The notes under the pieces are model-generated. The model had not been told where the DNA came from. It saw only the letters and a list, made by a program, of their open reading frames with translations, and made no database searches. Shown here piece after piece: positions 1-13,315 of a DNA stretch of 64,000 nt (the stretch's first letter is position 1; each line of letters begins with the position of its first letter). Source of the stretch: Octopus vulgaris (lineage: Eukaryota); the NCBI GenBank assembly GCA_951406725.2, contig OX597827.1, forward strand, positions 10,850,001 through 10,914,000, in the 5' to 3' direction. Made by a program: the position numbers and the translations under genes.

Positions 1-470
1 ACAACAACGACAACAACAACAACAACACTAGTGCCATCGTCACAACTTCCACCACCCCACCACAAACACCACCATCACCGCCGCCACCACTACTACCACC
101 ACCACCACTACCACCACCACCACCACCAACAACAACACTAGTGCCATCGTCACAACTTCCCCCACCCCACCACAAACACCACCATCACCACCACCACCAC
201 TACTACCACCACCACCGTCACTACCACCACCACCACCAACAACAACAACACTAGTGCCATCGTCACAACTTCCCCCACCCCACCACAAACACCACCATCA
301 CCACCACCACCACTACTACCACCACCACCACCACCGCCACTACCACCACCATCAACAACAACAACAACAGCAGCAGCAACAAAAGCAACAACAACAACAC
401 TAGCACCATCGTCACAACATCCACCACCCCACCACAAACACCACCATCACCACTACTGTTGCCACCGCCT
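1..470. repeat. Minisatellite, ~110-140-bp unit built from CAA/CCA triplets, about 4 copies
   Basis: Recurring anchor ACACTAGTGCCATCGTCACAACTTCC at about 25, 135, 249 and (diverged) 397. Confidence 0.88.
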
Positions 471-1481
471 GTGCTGCCACCACCTCTGGAAGGATGGATG
501 AATGGCTCAGTTGATCTCAGAACTTGAAGAGTTGTAGCTAAACATTGCAGACATTTCGTCTGATATTCTAATGATTCTGCCAATTCAATGTTTCCATTGA
601 CAATTGTTGTTTTATATTCATTCTCCTACGCTAGAGCAAAGTGAATAGATCAATCAAACACAATCTCTAAGTCTTCTATCACATTGTTTGTGATGGGGAC
701 CCACACTCTCACCCGATCCCATTGCATCCCCACCACAGTTCTCTCTGAACGTAACTAACCAATTTCATGCCAAGTGTTCCTTTGTCTACCTTTAACTACC
801 ATCAACACAGACATTTTTCATTCGTAATTTTTCATGATGTTTCAGCTATTTGCATTACTTATCCAAGTTGGTGCATAAAACAACTAGAGTTTGTTGCTCA
901 TATATTTTACGAGTAATTAAAATTATAGAACTGCTTGGTATCAGATAAATTACAGATAGTAAAATGTATGATTCATCATAGACATATTATTTATCATAAT
1001 CAAATGTTATAGGTAAATCAAAGAAAATTTATGTGCACTTTCCATGTTATAGAAGCCATACCAAATATCTATCTTTTATTTCTTCTTATAAGAAATATTC
1101 TTATTTTTATCGTGTAGAAACAGAGCTAGATGCTTGTGATAACAGAGCAATAAAACTGGTGTTGTTCTAAGAAGACAGTGTCAAAAATGACTGGTATAAA
1201 GCTTGGTATAAATAAGAAGATAAAATAAACTATTATCACACAGCAATGAAATAAGAGTTGCTAATATATAGAGAGAAATATTGGAGAATACCATCAATAA
1301 GTAGAAGCTCCTGACAAGGCAAGTCCTTGACCTGATTTTTATTCTTGGCTGTGGCTATTTCCCATTCATTTGCTTCCCTAATATCATTCAGTAAGATGTG
1401 GGTGAGTTTCTACTCTCGTGGTAGGGGATCATTTTAGTACCAGAGCTGACTTACCAGTGTATAAGAACTTGTGAGGAGATC

Positions 1482-1482
<1 letters not shown>

Positions 1483-1519
<37 letters not shown>

Positions 1520-1801
1520 GTTTAACGTCCGTTTTCCGCACTAGCATGGGTTGGACGGTTCGACCGGGGTCTGGGAAGCCAGGGGCTGCACCAGGCTCCA
1601 GTCTGATCTGGCAGAGTTTCTACAGCTGGATGCCCTTCCTAACGCCAACCACTCCGCGAGTGTAATGGGTGCTTTTTACGTGCCACCTGCACAGGTGCCA
1701 GGGGAGCCTGGCATCGGCCACGATCGGTTGGAGCTTTTAACGTGCCACCGGCACGGAAGCCAGCCAAGGCGGCGCTGGCAACGGCCACGTTCGGATGGTG
1801 C
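1483..1801 (-). mobile_element. Retroposon family D (internal ~60-bp subrepeats, (GAT)n tail)
   Basis: Conserved block GGCGTTAGGAAGGGCATCCAGCTGTAGAAAC...GGACGTTAAAC(GAT)n; 5'-truncated. Shares diagnostic variants with 42825-43145. Confidence 0.8.
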
Positions 1802-2761
1802 TGTACATGCATAAAGCAATGCATGTATACACACATGCATATGCAAATAAGATTCAAACTTAAGACTCCAATTTCTTTATGGGAGATCAATCCACAAGAT
1901 AAAAGCAGGTTATAAGAGGAATCAGGTTGAGTGGATATAGAGGCAATTATGCAGGTAAACAAATTAGATACATCAAATATATCAAATATATTCTTTTCTA
2001 CTCTGGTACATGGTCAGAAATTTTGGGGGAGGAGGCCAGTCGATTAGATCGACCTCAGTACACAACTGGTACTGAACCCGGAACCATGTGGTTCGTAAGC
2101 AAGCTATTTACCACACAGCCACTCCCACACCTATATTAAGAAGTTTTAAATCATCATCTGTTGTCCTCAAGGGTAATTGCCCTTGGGGGTTTATTGTCCA
2201 TGGGGAAGCGGAAAATGTCCTACACTCCATACACACACACAAACACCTAAATGCTAAAGAAACATGTTCAAAAAGAGTATAAGTGCAGGTTCATACACTT
2301 ACAAACAGAGAATGGCAATCCTCATCTGCATAATTAAGAATTGTCTCATTCTCTCGTTTATTTGCATAATTTTATGTTTCAGGAGATACTTATCAAAGAT
2401 TGGTAATATTCGGTAATGAATTCTTTTATGATTTTTTGTTGGTATCCAAACATGTTATAGTTTTTAGCTTTGAGCCTCTTTTCTGCTATGCATAGACTGC
2501 AACTTTCTGTGCCATAGCTATATGGCTTATATCTCTTGATGAAGTTGTACTTAATGCTGAGTACAGCAGCATAAGTACCAGTTGAGCATTGGGGTTGATA
2601 TAATCAACTTGTCCTCTCTCCAGAACTTGCTGGCCTTGTACCAAAATTTGAAATCATTATATCTTAGATTTTTATTTGGCTTTGCTAAAATGGTTTATAT
2701 TGTCTGTCTGATTGTCTATCTATCTATACATACATACGTCCTTCCATACATACATACATTC

Positions 2762-3092
2762 TGAGACCCCCTTCGGTCATGACAGACCATGGGGTTGCAC
2801 CTAGAAAGTTACCCTCCCAGGCACGAGTCCGGGCAAGGTTGTTTATGGAAGACCGGCAGTCGCCCATGCATACCGGCCTTCCCTCTCCACACCACCAGTG
2901 TTATCCAAGGGAAAGGCAAAGGAGCCGATACAGCTTGGCACCTGTGACGTTGCAACTCATTTCTACAGCTGAGTGAACTGGAGCAACGTGAAATAAAGTG
3001 TCTTGCTCAAGAACACAACACGCAGCCTGGTCCAGGATTTGAACTCACGATCATAAGCTTGACGCTCTAACCACTGAGCTATGCACCTTCAC
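2762..3092 (-). mobile_element. tRNA-derived SINE family F (possibly Ceph-domain type)
   Basis: Head TAGCTCAGTGGTTAGAGC...GAGTTCAAATCC, then TTGTGTTCTTGAGCAAGACAC, and body CCTTTCCCTTGGATAAC...GGTCTTCCATAAACAACCTTGCCC. Second copy at 63130-63433. The Ceph label is from memory and unverified. Confidence 0.75.
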
Positions 3093-3778
3093 ATACATAC
3101 ATACATACATACATACATACATGAAGGAGCCATGTGCCTCCACATACATACATACATACATATTTCAATGAAAAATGCAAGTAATGAGAAAAAATTAAGT
3201 AAATAAATTTGTTGCTCTTTGAACAAAGTTACTTTTGATAATTACTCTGAAACAGGTTACAGACACTCCCTTGTGACACTCACCATTAGAAAGGCAGTGA
3301 ACCAATTATTAGCCCATTGAAAATCTTCATCCAATGATGTTAGTATTCACCAACTGTGATAATAAAATATACTAGACAACCACCTCTTGGATTGAACATT
3401 TAAATATAATGAAGAAACTGCATTATATTTTTGGTGCTTCTCTCTAAATTACCTCAGTATGCCTAGCTGTCAGAAATACCAACCAGATTTTCTAAGAAAG
3501 GTGAATAGGGTTATCACATTGTTATAAAGCTCTGATCATGAAAGGTCAAGTAATTGAAAGGTCACAATATGCAACTTGACCTCAATTAATTGCTATCATA
3601 TAGATTAGTGGAAAAATTCAAGAGCAGACTAGCAGCTATAAATCTAACATTCAATTATTTAATAGACGGGCAGTAGATTGAAAGAATCAGAATCAGGGCA
3701 GAAAATGCCTTATCACATTCAGTTATGTTCCTTTGTGTTGTGAGATCAAATCCTATTAGGTTTCATCATTTATTCTTT

Positions 3779-3941
3779 CAGCGCAGGAGTGGCTGTGTGG
3801 TAAGTAGCTTGCTAACCAACCACATGGTTCCGGGTTCAGTCCCACTGCGTGGCATCTTGGGCAAGTGTCTTCTGCTATAGCCCTGGGCCGACCAATGCCT
3901 TGTGAGTGGATTTGGTAGGACGGAAACTGAAAGAAGCCTCT

Positions 3942-3988
<47 letters not shown>

Positions 3989-4216
3989 ATGTGTTTGTGT
4001 ATCTGTGTTTGTCCCCCTAGCATTGCTTGACAACCGATGCTGGTGTGTTTACGTCCCCGTCACTTGGCGGTTCGGCAAAAGAGACCGATAGGATAAGTAC
4101 TGGGCTTACAAAGAATAAGTCCCGGGGTCAATTTGCTCGACTAAAGGCGGTGCTCCAGCATGGCCACAGTCAAATGACTGAAACAAGTAAAAGAGTAAAA
4201 GAGTAAAGAGTAAAGA
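3779..4216 (+). mobile_element. tRNA-derived SINE family A (full length)
   Basis: A-box TGGCTGTGTGG, B-box GGTTCAGTCCC, CORE-like TCTTGGGCAAGT, internal (TA)n(TG)n, and tail GGCGGTGCTCCAGCATGGCC...(GAGTAAAA)n. Confidence 0.85.
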
Positions 4217-4530
4217 ATGGTAAAATATAAGGACATCATCAAGCTGTGGCAGTCAATATAACAAGCTATACCCAACCACGACCACCACCGCAACCATCAA
4301 CACCAAAAATTTGTGACATTGTGCCTAAGATAGAAATCAATATTAAAACTGTTAATTACTTTTCCAGCAACAATTTCGAAAAAAAAAAAAAAAAGTATCA
4401 TTAATTATGATAATTTCTTTAAACAAAAAACAACCAGAAAACAAAACTGAAGACATTTAGAGTCTAAGCTGCCATATTAACTAGAAAGAGACAAGAATTT
4501 CCAAATATATATAAATTTCCAAATATATAT

Positions 4531-5018
4531 AAAGCACCATCTGTTCGTGTTCGTTGCCAGCCTCGCCTGGCCCCCATGCCGGTGACACGTAAAGGCACCA
4601 TCCGTTTCGTGGCCGTTTGCCAGCCCTGTCTGGCCCCCGTGCCGGTGACACGTAAAAGCACCATCCGTTCGTGGCCGTTTGCCAACCCTGTCTGGCCCCC
4701 GTGTTGGTGTCACGTAAAAGCACCATCCGTTCATGGTCGTTTGCCAGCCCTGCCTGGCCCCCGTGTTGGTGTCACGTAAAAGCACCATCCGTTTCGTGGC
4801 CGTTTGCCAGCTCTGTCTGGCACCCGTGCGGGTGGCACGTAAAAAGCACCCACTACACTCATGGAGTGGTTGGCGTTAGGAAGGGCATCCAGCCGTAGAA
4901 ACACTGCCAGATCAGACTGGGCCTGATGAAGCCTTCCAGCTTCACAGATCCCAGTTGAACCGTCCAACCCATGCTAGCATGGAGAACAGACGCTAAATGA
5001 TGATGATGATGATGATGA
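4531..5018 (+). mobile_element. Retroposon family D with 6 subrepeats
   Basis: Repeated CACGTAAAAGCACC units about 62 bp apart, then the conserved 3' block and (GAT)n. Confidence 0.85.
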
Positions 5019-6058
5019 TTTTGACTGTGGTACAATAAGATTCTCACAGAGCAGAATGAACATTTCCATTCTTTCTATTTTATTCTTAATTCTAAATTAC
5101 GTTGATCTTTTAAAAGATTCTGTAATTATTTATTATCATTGTTGCTGTTGTTTTTGTGGTTGTGGTAGTTGTAGTTGCAGTGGTGGTGGTGGTTATTTTG
5201 GATGTTGTTTTTGTTGTCGTTGTTGTTATTACTATTATTCTGTTTCTGTTGTTGTTGTTATTTAATTTTTTTTTTTTTTTAATTTTATTTTTTACACTGA
5301 TATTGTTTTATTGTCTTTGTAAAGACAGAAGCAACAAAACACTGTATCCTTTCTTATTCTGAATCAGAACAACTACCTTCTAATTTCCTCTTGCTTCTCT
5401 GTCGACTCTTATATGTTAACGAATTTTAATTATTCCTGATGATTTCTTTTCCTTTTCCTTTTTGCTCTTTCACATTTTTTTTTTTATTCATCTGTCTTTT
5501 TAATTTTTTTTTCGCTTTTCATTTTTTTTTTTTTACTCTATCTTTTACCAGCCATCACTACCACCATAACAAACTGAATACCACCACAACCACAACCACT
5601 TCTGTCATCACTACCACCACAACAACCATCATCACTATCACTACTATCATCATCACCATGAGCCAGTGTAGAAACCTTTATGTGGTCGATTAATCTGCTA
5701 GAAGCAGCAGTCAAATCTCTCTAGCAATACATTGTATAGTTTTATGAAATGGCACATCGCATGCTTGCTAGTGTGGATCTAGGTTCCCTACTGATGGCAA
5801 TAATATGAGATGATGATGAGGAGGATAATGATGATGAGAGGGATGAGGATGATGATGATGATGATGAGAAGAATGATGATGATGATGATGATGATGATGA
5901 GGATGATGATGAGGATGATGATGATGATGAAAAGGATGATGATGATGACGACGACGACAATGACAATCGCATTATGAATGTAACAATCCCTTCTTAAAGA
6001 TAAGCAATAATTTAGTTTCCAAAATCTATTTCTCTCTAAAAAACCCTTAATCACGAAA

Positions 6059-6064
6059 TTTATT
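6059..6064 (-). terminator. Candidate polyadenylation signal AATAAA for the protocadherin
   Basis: AATAAA on the minus strand about 50 nt after the predicted stop, with a T-rich tract further downstream. The motif is common in AT-rich DNA. Confidence 0.3.
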
Positions 6065-6114
6065 TACGCAAAGGGGGCAGCTCATACAAACGAGCAGTTT
6101 ACGTAGCATTTAAT

Positions 6115-6146
6115 TTACATATCAATTTCATTTCTCAAACAATTGT
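6115..6146 (-). CDS. Predicted terminal coding exon (DNCLRNEIDM*)
   Basis: Strong acceptor TTTCTTTCTTACAG| at 6147/6146. The phase-1 join with exon 2 (G+AC=Asp) gives 10 codons then TAA, followed by ATTAAA and AATAAA. Confidence 0.55.
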
Positions 6147-6371
6147 CTGTAAGAAAGAAACCTTCGTGGTTTATTATAACCAATAATACTGGATGGTAAA
6201 CAGTAAAAAAAATAACAACTTCGATTATGTTTGATGTAGAATCAATATATTTTCTATAATGGGTAAGAATATCGATCTATCTTGACTTTTGACAAATCAT
6301 GAAGCAAGCTTTGTACAGGTAGTTGGAAAGAATAGAGGAGGATATAGGACACTTCATGATTGATTCATATA

Positions 6372-6591
6372 TATTTCTTTATTGCCCACAAGGGGCTAAA
6401 CACAGAGGGGACAAACAAGGACAGACAAAGGGATTAAGTCGATTACATCGACCCCCAGTGCAAAACTGGTACTTAATTTATCGACCCCGAATGGATGAAA
6501 GGTAAAGTCAACCTCGGTGGAATTTGAACTCAGAACATTACGGCTACGCATTTTGCCCGGCGAGCTAACGTTTCTGCCAGCTCGCCGCTTT
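6372..6591 (-). mobile_element. tRNA-derived SINE family B
   Basis: Head GCGGCGAGCTGGCAGAAACGTTAGC, B-box GAGTTCAAATTCC, body GAGGTTGACTTTACCTTTCATCC, end AAAGAAATA. TSD present. Confidence 0.85.
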
Positions 6592-6605
6592 AATGATTGA
6601 TTCAT

Positions 6606-6990
6606 GGAAGCACTCCGTCGGTTACGACGATGAGGGTTCCGGTTGATCCGAATCAACGGAACAGCCTGCTCGTGAAATTAACGTGTAAGTGGTTGAGCAC
6701 TCCACGGACACGAGCACCCTTAACGTAGTTCTCGGGGATATTCAGCGTGACACAGAGAGTGACAAGGCCGGCCCCTTGAAATACAGGTACAACAGAAACA
6801 GGAAGTAAGAGTGAGAGAAAGTTGTGGTGAAAGAGTACAGCAGGGATCACCACCATCCCCTGCCAGAGCTTCGTAGAGCTTTTAGGTGTTTTCGCTCAAT
6901 AAACACTCACAACGCCCTGTCTGGGAATCAAAACCGCGATCCTATGACCGCGAGTCCGCTGCCTTAACCACTGGGCCATTGCGCCTCCAC
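6606..6990 (-). mobile_element. tRNA-derived SINE family C, tail type 1
   Basis: Head GTGGAGGCGCAATGGCCCAGTGGTTA...GGTTTTGATTCC; TSD AATGATTGATTCAT. Confidence 0.88.
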
Positions 6991-7452
6991 AATGATTGAT
7001 TCATATATAGTGTCCTACTGGTATATGTTTAATTGGCCTGCCCCCACTGGCTTTCTCCTCAACAAATTATTTTTTTTAAAAAAGGGTGGGGAGAGAATTG
7101 AGGGAGTCTTCTTAGAGTTTCCCAAAGGGCTTTGCTGCAGGACAGAACCCAAATCAAGCTTCCTAGCAATTCAGCCATGTTTGTGTCTATGCATTCACAA
7201 CTGATTTCTCACAGAGGGAAAGAAAGAGAGAGAGACAGAGAAGAATTAGCTCCAAAGCAGGCCTGGTACTTTATTTATCAACACCTTAAAATATGAAAAG
7301 TAAAGTTGATCTCGACAAGATTTGAACTTAGAGTAGAGGGATCCAAATGGAATGATGCCAGGTATTCTAACTGACCAGTTAATTACTCTTCTGCTTTGGC
7401 ACGTCGCTTTTACTTATATAGGAAACCAGATCATAATCAGCAAATTGCTTAA

Positions 7453-7674
7453 CCCTTTTGATACCAACCCGGCCAAAACCGCCTTTGGCTCTGTAGTACA
7501 AATGTCTTACTTTCATAAGTTTTGAATTAAAATCTTCCACCAAAACTTAGTCACAATTTATGTTCCTAACACTGGCTTAATGATAATGAAGTTATTTTAC
7601 TAAATTCTTTGTTATATTTAAAATTAATTGAAAGAAACACAGAGCATCTCAACAGAAATACAGTAACGAAAGGG
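7453..7674. mobile_element. piggyBac-like MITE
   Basis: TTAA TSDs and CCCTTT...AAAGGG termini. Homologous to 11752-11971. Confidence 0.8.
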
Positions 7675-7974
7675 TTAATGAATGATATTGAAATGAATTT
7701 CTTTTAAAGTTCATATTTAAACACTGACTGGAAATGCTGAATTCAAGACTTTTGAATCTTAAAAATATACACTATATTGTAAATAACTTAGGGAACTGAC
7801 TTCAAGCTTTAAAAGACTTAAACACAAGTATTTTGCTGTACATTTTAATCATTGATTCATTCAACACTGATCTAAATTAACACTATAAACTAAATTGTGC
7901 ACCACATTATACTTATCACAGATTGTTCTGGATTAACATGACTTGGCATTCAGTCAAAAACTCAGCAGAATTCT

Positions 7975-8538
7975 GTTTGTCTTGCAAGATATTTATCATC
8001 TGGAAACCGTTCAGTGATGTGCAACCAAGAGAATACCTTCCATCAGGCATTTGTCTTATTCTGAATGCCTTACTTCCCTGATCATGGATACATTGAAACT
8101 CTGATGTCTGGCAGCTGACTTGGCAGACACCCATAAAATTATTAACCATCTTACTAACAATAACTCTGAGCACCTTTTCAAACCTCACCTGTCTAACACC
8201 CGTGGACATATTTACAAAGTCAGAAAACAGCACAGCTCCCATGAGTTTAGGAAACATTTTTTCGCGCTAAGAGTTGCTGAAGTAAGGAACAAACTGCCGG
8301 CATCAGTTGTTAGTTGTCGGAACACTGCATCCTTCAAAACTTCCATGCTTCCAGAGATTTGCCAACACTACACCTGATTTTCTCGCCTCCATACACACAC
8401 AAGCATGTATCTTACTCATACTCTGTTCACTTCCCAGACATTTGTACATTACAGCATATGCTTTATACGCACTTTCTGACAAGTTGTGGTGCACCTGAGC
8501 ACTGTATACAATAATTTCATTATTATTATTATTATTAT
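7975..8538 (+). mobile_element. 5'-truncated CR1-type LINE (RT C-terminus, 3'UTR, (ATT)n tail)
   Basis: Translation LETVQ*CATKRIPSIRHLSY...NTRGHIYKVRKQ...RKHFFALRV...NKLPASVV...FK is typical of CR1 ORF2 ends. Confidence 0.8.
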
Positions 8539-8906
8539 TTAATGCACCCAAAGCAACCATCCACAATGAATACTGCTTGCATTTAGATCACTCTGCTGTG
8601 AGGATAAATACCTTTTTATATGGATTTACAAAAGAAAATATATGAAGGCACCTAATCTTGACATATGATGCAGATGAGTGAATCATTTATAGGAAAAGGC
8701 AGTGATAATCAAGAAAATACTTAACACTGGGAGCACCTCTGTTATAGGCCATAAGTTTGGTGTCATTGAATCTACCATTCATTCAATTTACAAAATGATC
8801 AGAGTTGATTTATTAATCACATTTTTTTTAACCAACCCCATATATGATAAACATTGACAGATGTATTAAAATTAGAAAATAAGAAATAACAACAGAAGTA
8901 ATTTAC

Positions 8907-9048
8907 CTGGTATCTCCTCATAATGTCCAAGGTCTTTCTCCTTTGAGTCATGTACTCCATCCAAGTGAGAGGATGATGTTGCACTGTGGGCCATACTAGT
9001 ATTGCCCTTTTCACAACCGAATATCATTGCTCTTTGCTCAATGTAGCC
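8907..9048 (-). CDS. Predicted protocadherin coding exon 2 (cytoplasmic; GYIEQRAMIFGCEKGNTSMAHSATSSSHLDGVHDSKEKDLGHYEEIP)
   Basis: Acceptor CTGTCTTTTGGATTTAG| at 9049/9048 and donor CAG|GTAAAT at 8907/8906. The 142 nt are stop-free in the phase-0 frame required by the upstream donor, in non-repetitive sequence. Confidence 0.78.
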
Positions 9049-9542
9049 CTAAATCCAAAAGACAGCAACAGAATTAATATCATGACTGAGAAGCAAATGA
9101 TTTATTTGCTAACTATAATGCAATTTTTTTTATACAGAAACTCAAAGGGCCATACATATATGAAGTTGGGTATCCCATATGTATTAATGCATGCACCTAA
9201 TATGTCTTTTATGCCATCACATGTGGTAGTTAATACATTTATTTTTTCATTATTTGGTGAGGAAACAAAAATGACATCCTTTTCCTGAAATGTTTTTTAC
9301 AGAATCTTTGAGATTTAGTGTGGAAAGAGGAAAAATAAAGAATTTCTTCAAGCCAAAGAATTGGCACTACCATTGGCAGCTGAGTGGATCCCATTAAGGT
9401 ATCAAAGGACCGGTTTATTCTGGTTTTATACATGGGTGGGGTAGAGAAAGATCAGAATCAATTAAAAGTTTTGTTACGCAGCTCCGAATTCCACATAACA
9501 TTCACTTTTGAATATCAACAACTGTGAAACCAGTTAAGTGTG

Positions 9543-9661
<119 letters not shown>

Positions 9662-10044
9662 AAAGAGACAGACAGACAGACAGACAGACAGACTGATACA
9701 TATATACACACATATATATATATGGATAGATAGATAGATAGATAGATTATATATGCATACCTATATACACATATACATTATATATATATGCGTGTGTGTG
9801 TATGATATATATACACATTATACACACACACTTGCATATTTATGTGTGTAAATGTGAGCTTATGGATGCATGCAATATGGTAAAAACCATACCAATGGTA
9901 CTGGTCTTTGGCAAGAAGATAATTCCAATAATCCTTTTAAAATGCAGCAAGAATCATACAGGATTTGAATAACTAAGCAGTATATGACAAATATAATCTT
10001 ACTTAGAAATGGATGCATGCGTTCCGTCATATAATAAATTAATA

Positions 10045-10385
10045 AATAAATAAAACATATGCATATATACATACATATATGTACGTACCTACCTCTACAT
10101 GTATATATACAGGCATATATGGGTACAGGACACCAAAAAAACGTCGAACACAATGAGAAACGAAAACATAAACACAAATGGAATTTTCCTTGTTTTGTAT
10201 GTCCTGTACTTTATTTTTTCGTTGTTTAAGAAAAATGTCCATTTCCTTGGTTTTGTGTTTATGTTTTCGTTTCTCATTGTGTTCGACGTTTTTTTGATGT
10301 CCTGTACCCATATATGCATGTATATACACATGTAGAGGTAGGTACGTACATATATGTATGTATATATGCATATGTTTTATTTATT
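10045..10385. repeat. Near-perfect inverted repeat, ~135-bp arms and ~73-bp spacer
   Basis: 10045-10178 is the reverse complement of 10252-10385 with only a few mismatches. Confidence 0.92.
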
Positions 10386-10847
10386 AATTAATTTATTATA
10401 TGAGAAATATAGTTGATGTTTTATCAACCAAGGAAGTAGAATGTTCATACTATTTAGCTCATATTTTGTTTAATGTATGAACATGGTTTAAACAGAAGTT
10501 TTATTTACATTATTTACATTATTTACATTCGATGGATATTTGTCCTCATCTCTTAAATATAGAACAGAAGTTTTATTTAGTTGTTTTCTTGTCATTGTCT
10601 TCCGCTCATTTCAGTAATTTGACTGTGGCCATGCTGGGGCACTGTTTTGAAGGGTTTTACTTGAATGAACTGACCTCTGTATGCCTTTATTTTTTTAAAA
10701 TTTGTTACTTATTGTGTTGATCGCTTATGCTGAATTGTTAAGTTACAGGAACATAAACAAACTAACATCGGCTATTGAGTGATAGAAGATGACAAACAAT
10801 GACACACACACATACACCGATATATGTATATATATATATATAATATG

Positions 10848-10968
<121 letters not shown>

Positions 10969-11751
10969 ATGTATGTATATATATATATATGCATATATAC
11001 ATCAGGCTTCTGTCAGTTTCCATCCAGCAAATTCACTCACAAAGCTTTGGTCAACCAGGGGCTATAGTAAAAGGTGTTTGCTTAAGGTGCCATATAGTAG
11101 GACCAAATCCAGAACCATGTGGTTGGGAAGCAAATTTCTTACCATACAACCATGCCCGACCTATAAAATGGTCAATTCTTGAATTGATTTAAGCATCTTT
11201 ATTAAGGGCTTTATGTAATTATAACGAATCCAGAATTTAGTCTGATTGTTGTTTTATCAAATTATATGTTGCATGGTGAAATTTAGCAGAGTTGTGTCCC
11301 TTGAAAGAGTCATCTACCTTTAAAGGACTTAAGTACGACATGGCATTCACATTGATTTACACCAGATTGGTACACACAAACATCAGTCCTGACACTCAGA
11401 TAGGGACATGCATACACTCATACACATGTGTACATACACACATAGATGCATATACATAATGGGCTCTGGCACAGTTCCTTTTTTTCAAATTTCATTGACA
11501 AATCATCAGTCAACCCATGGCTACAGTGAGACATGTCATATTTACAATGCACTACATAAAATTTGTTACCTAATTCACTTCTTCATATCAGCATATTAAG
11601 CATTAAATCAACCCCTTTATTTAACGAGTAATTTATTTTATTGACCTCCTCAAAGTAATAATACAAAATAAAAGCTAACTTCAGTAGGATTTAAACTCAG
11701 AATGCAAAGAGCTATAATTAAATAGCATAGGCATATCACCTGAAAATTTAA

Positions 11752-11971
11752 CCCTTTCATTACCAACCCGGCTGAAACCGGCTCTGGCTCTGAGTACAAA
11801 TGTTTTGTTTACATAAGTTTTGAATTAAAATTTCTCACCAAATCTTAGTCACAATTTATGTTCCTAACACTAGCTTAATGATAACTAAGTTATTTTACTA
11901 AATTCTTTGTTATATTTAAAGTAATTGAAAGAAACACAGAGTATCTCAAAATAAATACAGTAATGAAAGGG
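11752..11971. mobile_element. piggyBac-like MITE
   Basis: TTAA TSDs and perfect 12-bp TIR CCCTTTCATTAC/GTAATGAAAGGG. Confidence 0.82.
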
Positions 11972-12571
11972 TTAATGATTGTATCAATTCACAGTATTGG
12001 TTGAGTTAGCTTTAATGTAATCTCACATCATAAGACAATCACAGGCTCAAGGTTTGCAGCTTTCAAGGGCAATAACTGCAGTTTTAAGGAAATTCTTAGG
12101 TGCAATGAAGCAATAAGTTTGTTTTGTAATGTTACTAAAAATTGAGATCGAGTGAGCTTTTGTTCTTTTGCCTTTCTAATGGGCCCAGATTTATGTAATT
12201 TTTATTGGAGGTATCAGTAATGACAGAACCTTTGAAGGTGACTTTATCACAATCTCCATCATCTTGCTGTCTGCTAGAAAAGCTTGAGAATACATTTAAG
12301 AATGCCAGGTGATAAGGCTGATAATGCAGCATTTCTTGAAGGTAGGGCACAAAGTTATTTCCAAATCTTAAGGAATATGTTTGTATGCATGAGTGTATAT
12401 ATAAATGAATACACAGACACACACATACATAAATTCACACACATGCATACATACATACATACATACATACAATCATACATATTATTATTATTATCTTTTT
12501 TTTTCTTCTTCTTTCAAATTTGCTTCCAATTCTTGCCGAGTATCTTCCCGACTCCTAGGGCAGAGAAACTC

Positions 12572-12573
<2 letters not shown>

Positions 12574-12624
<51 letters not shown>

Positions 12625-12984
12625 CATTGTTATTATTATTATCATCATTATTATTATAATTATTATTATGGTGGTGGCAAGCTGGCAGAATCATTAGATA
12701 TCAGATAAAATGCTTTGTGACATTGTTTTCATCTCTTTACATTTTGGGTTCAAATTCTGCCAGGGTCAACTTTGCCTTTTTATCCTTTTGGGGCCAATAA
12801 GAAAAATATATTAGTTGAGCAATGGAGGTCAATGTAATCAACTAATCCTTATCCACTAAGATTGCTGGCCTTCTGCCAATATTTGAAACCATTATTATAA
12901 CTATTATTATGAGTTTTTCTTCTTTCAATTCTGATTCCATTTCTTGAGTGTCTTTCTAAATCTTAGGACAGAGAAACTCACTGG

Positions 12985-13034
<50 letters not shown>

Positions 13035-13042
13035 CATCATTA

Positions 13043-13114
<72 letters not shown>

Positions 13115-13265
13115 CATCATCATTATTATTATTATTATTATTATTCAGTAGTTTATTTCTTTTATCGTGCTTTCACTTCACTACTGAGCGCAGCTCTGTG
13201 TGCCTTGGGTATGTGCTGTGGTTTGTTGTGACGCTCTTATGGTTATTGTATGGTTATTATTACTA

Positions 13266-13313
<48 letters not shown>
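12574..13313. repeat. Cluster of (ATT)n microsatellites
   Basis: Direct inspection; three tracts. Confidence 0.9.
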
Positions 13314-13315
<2 letters not shown>

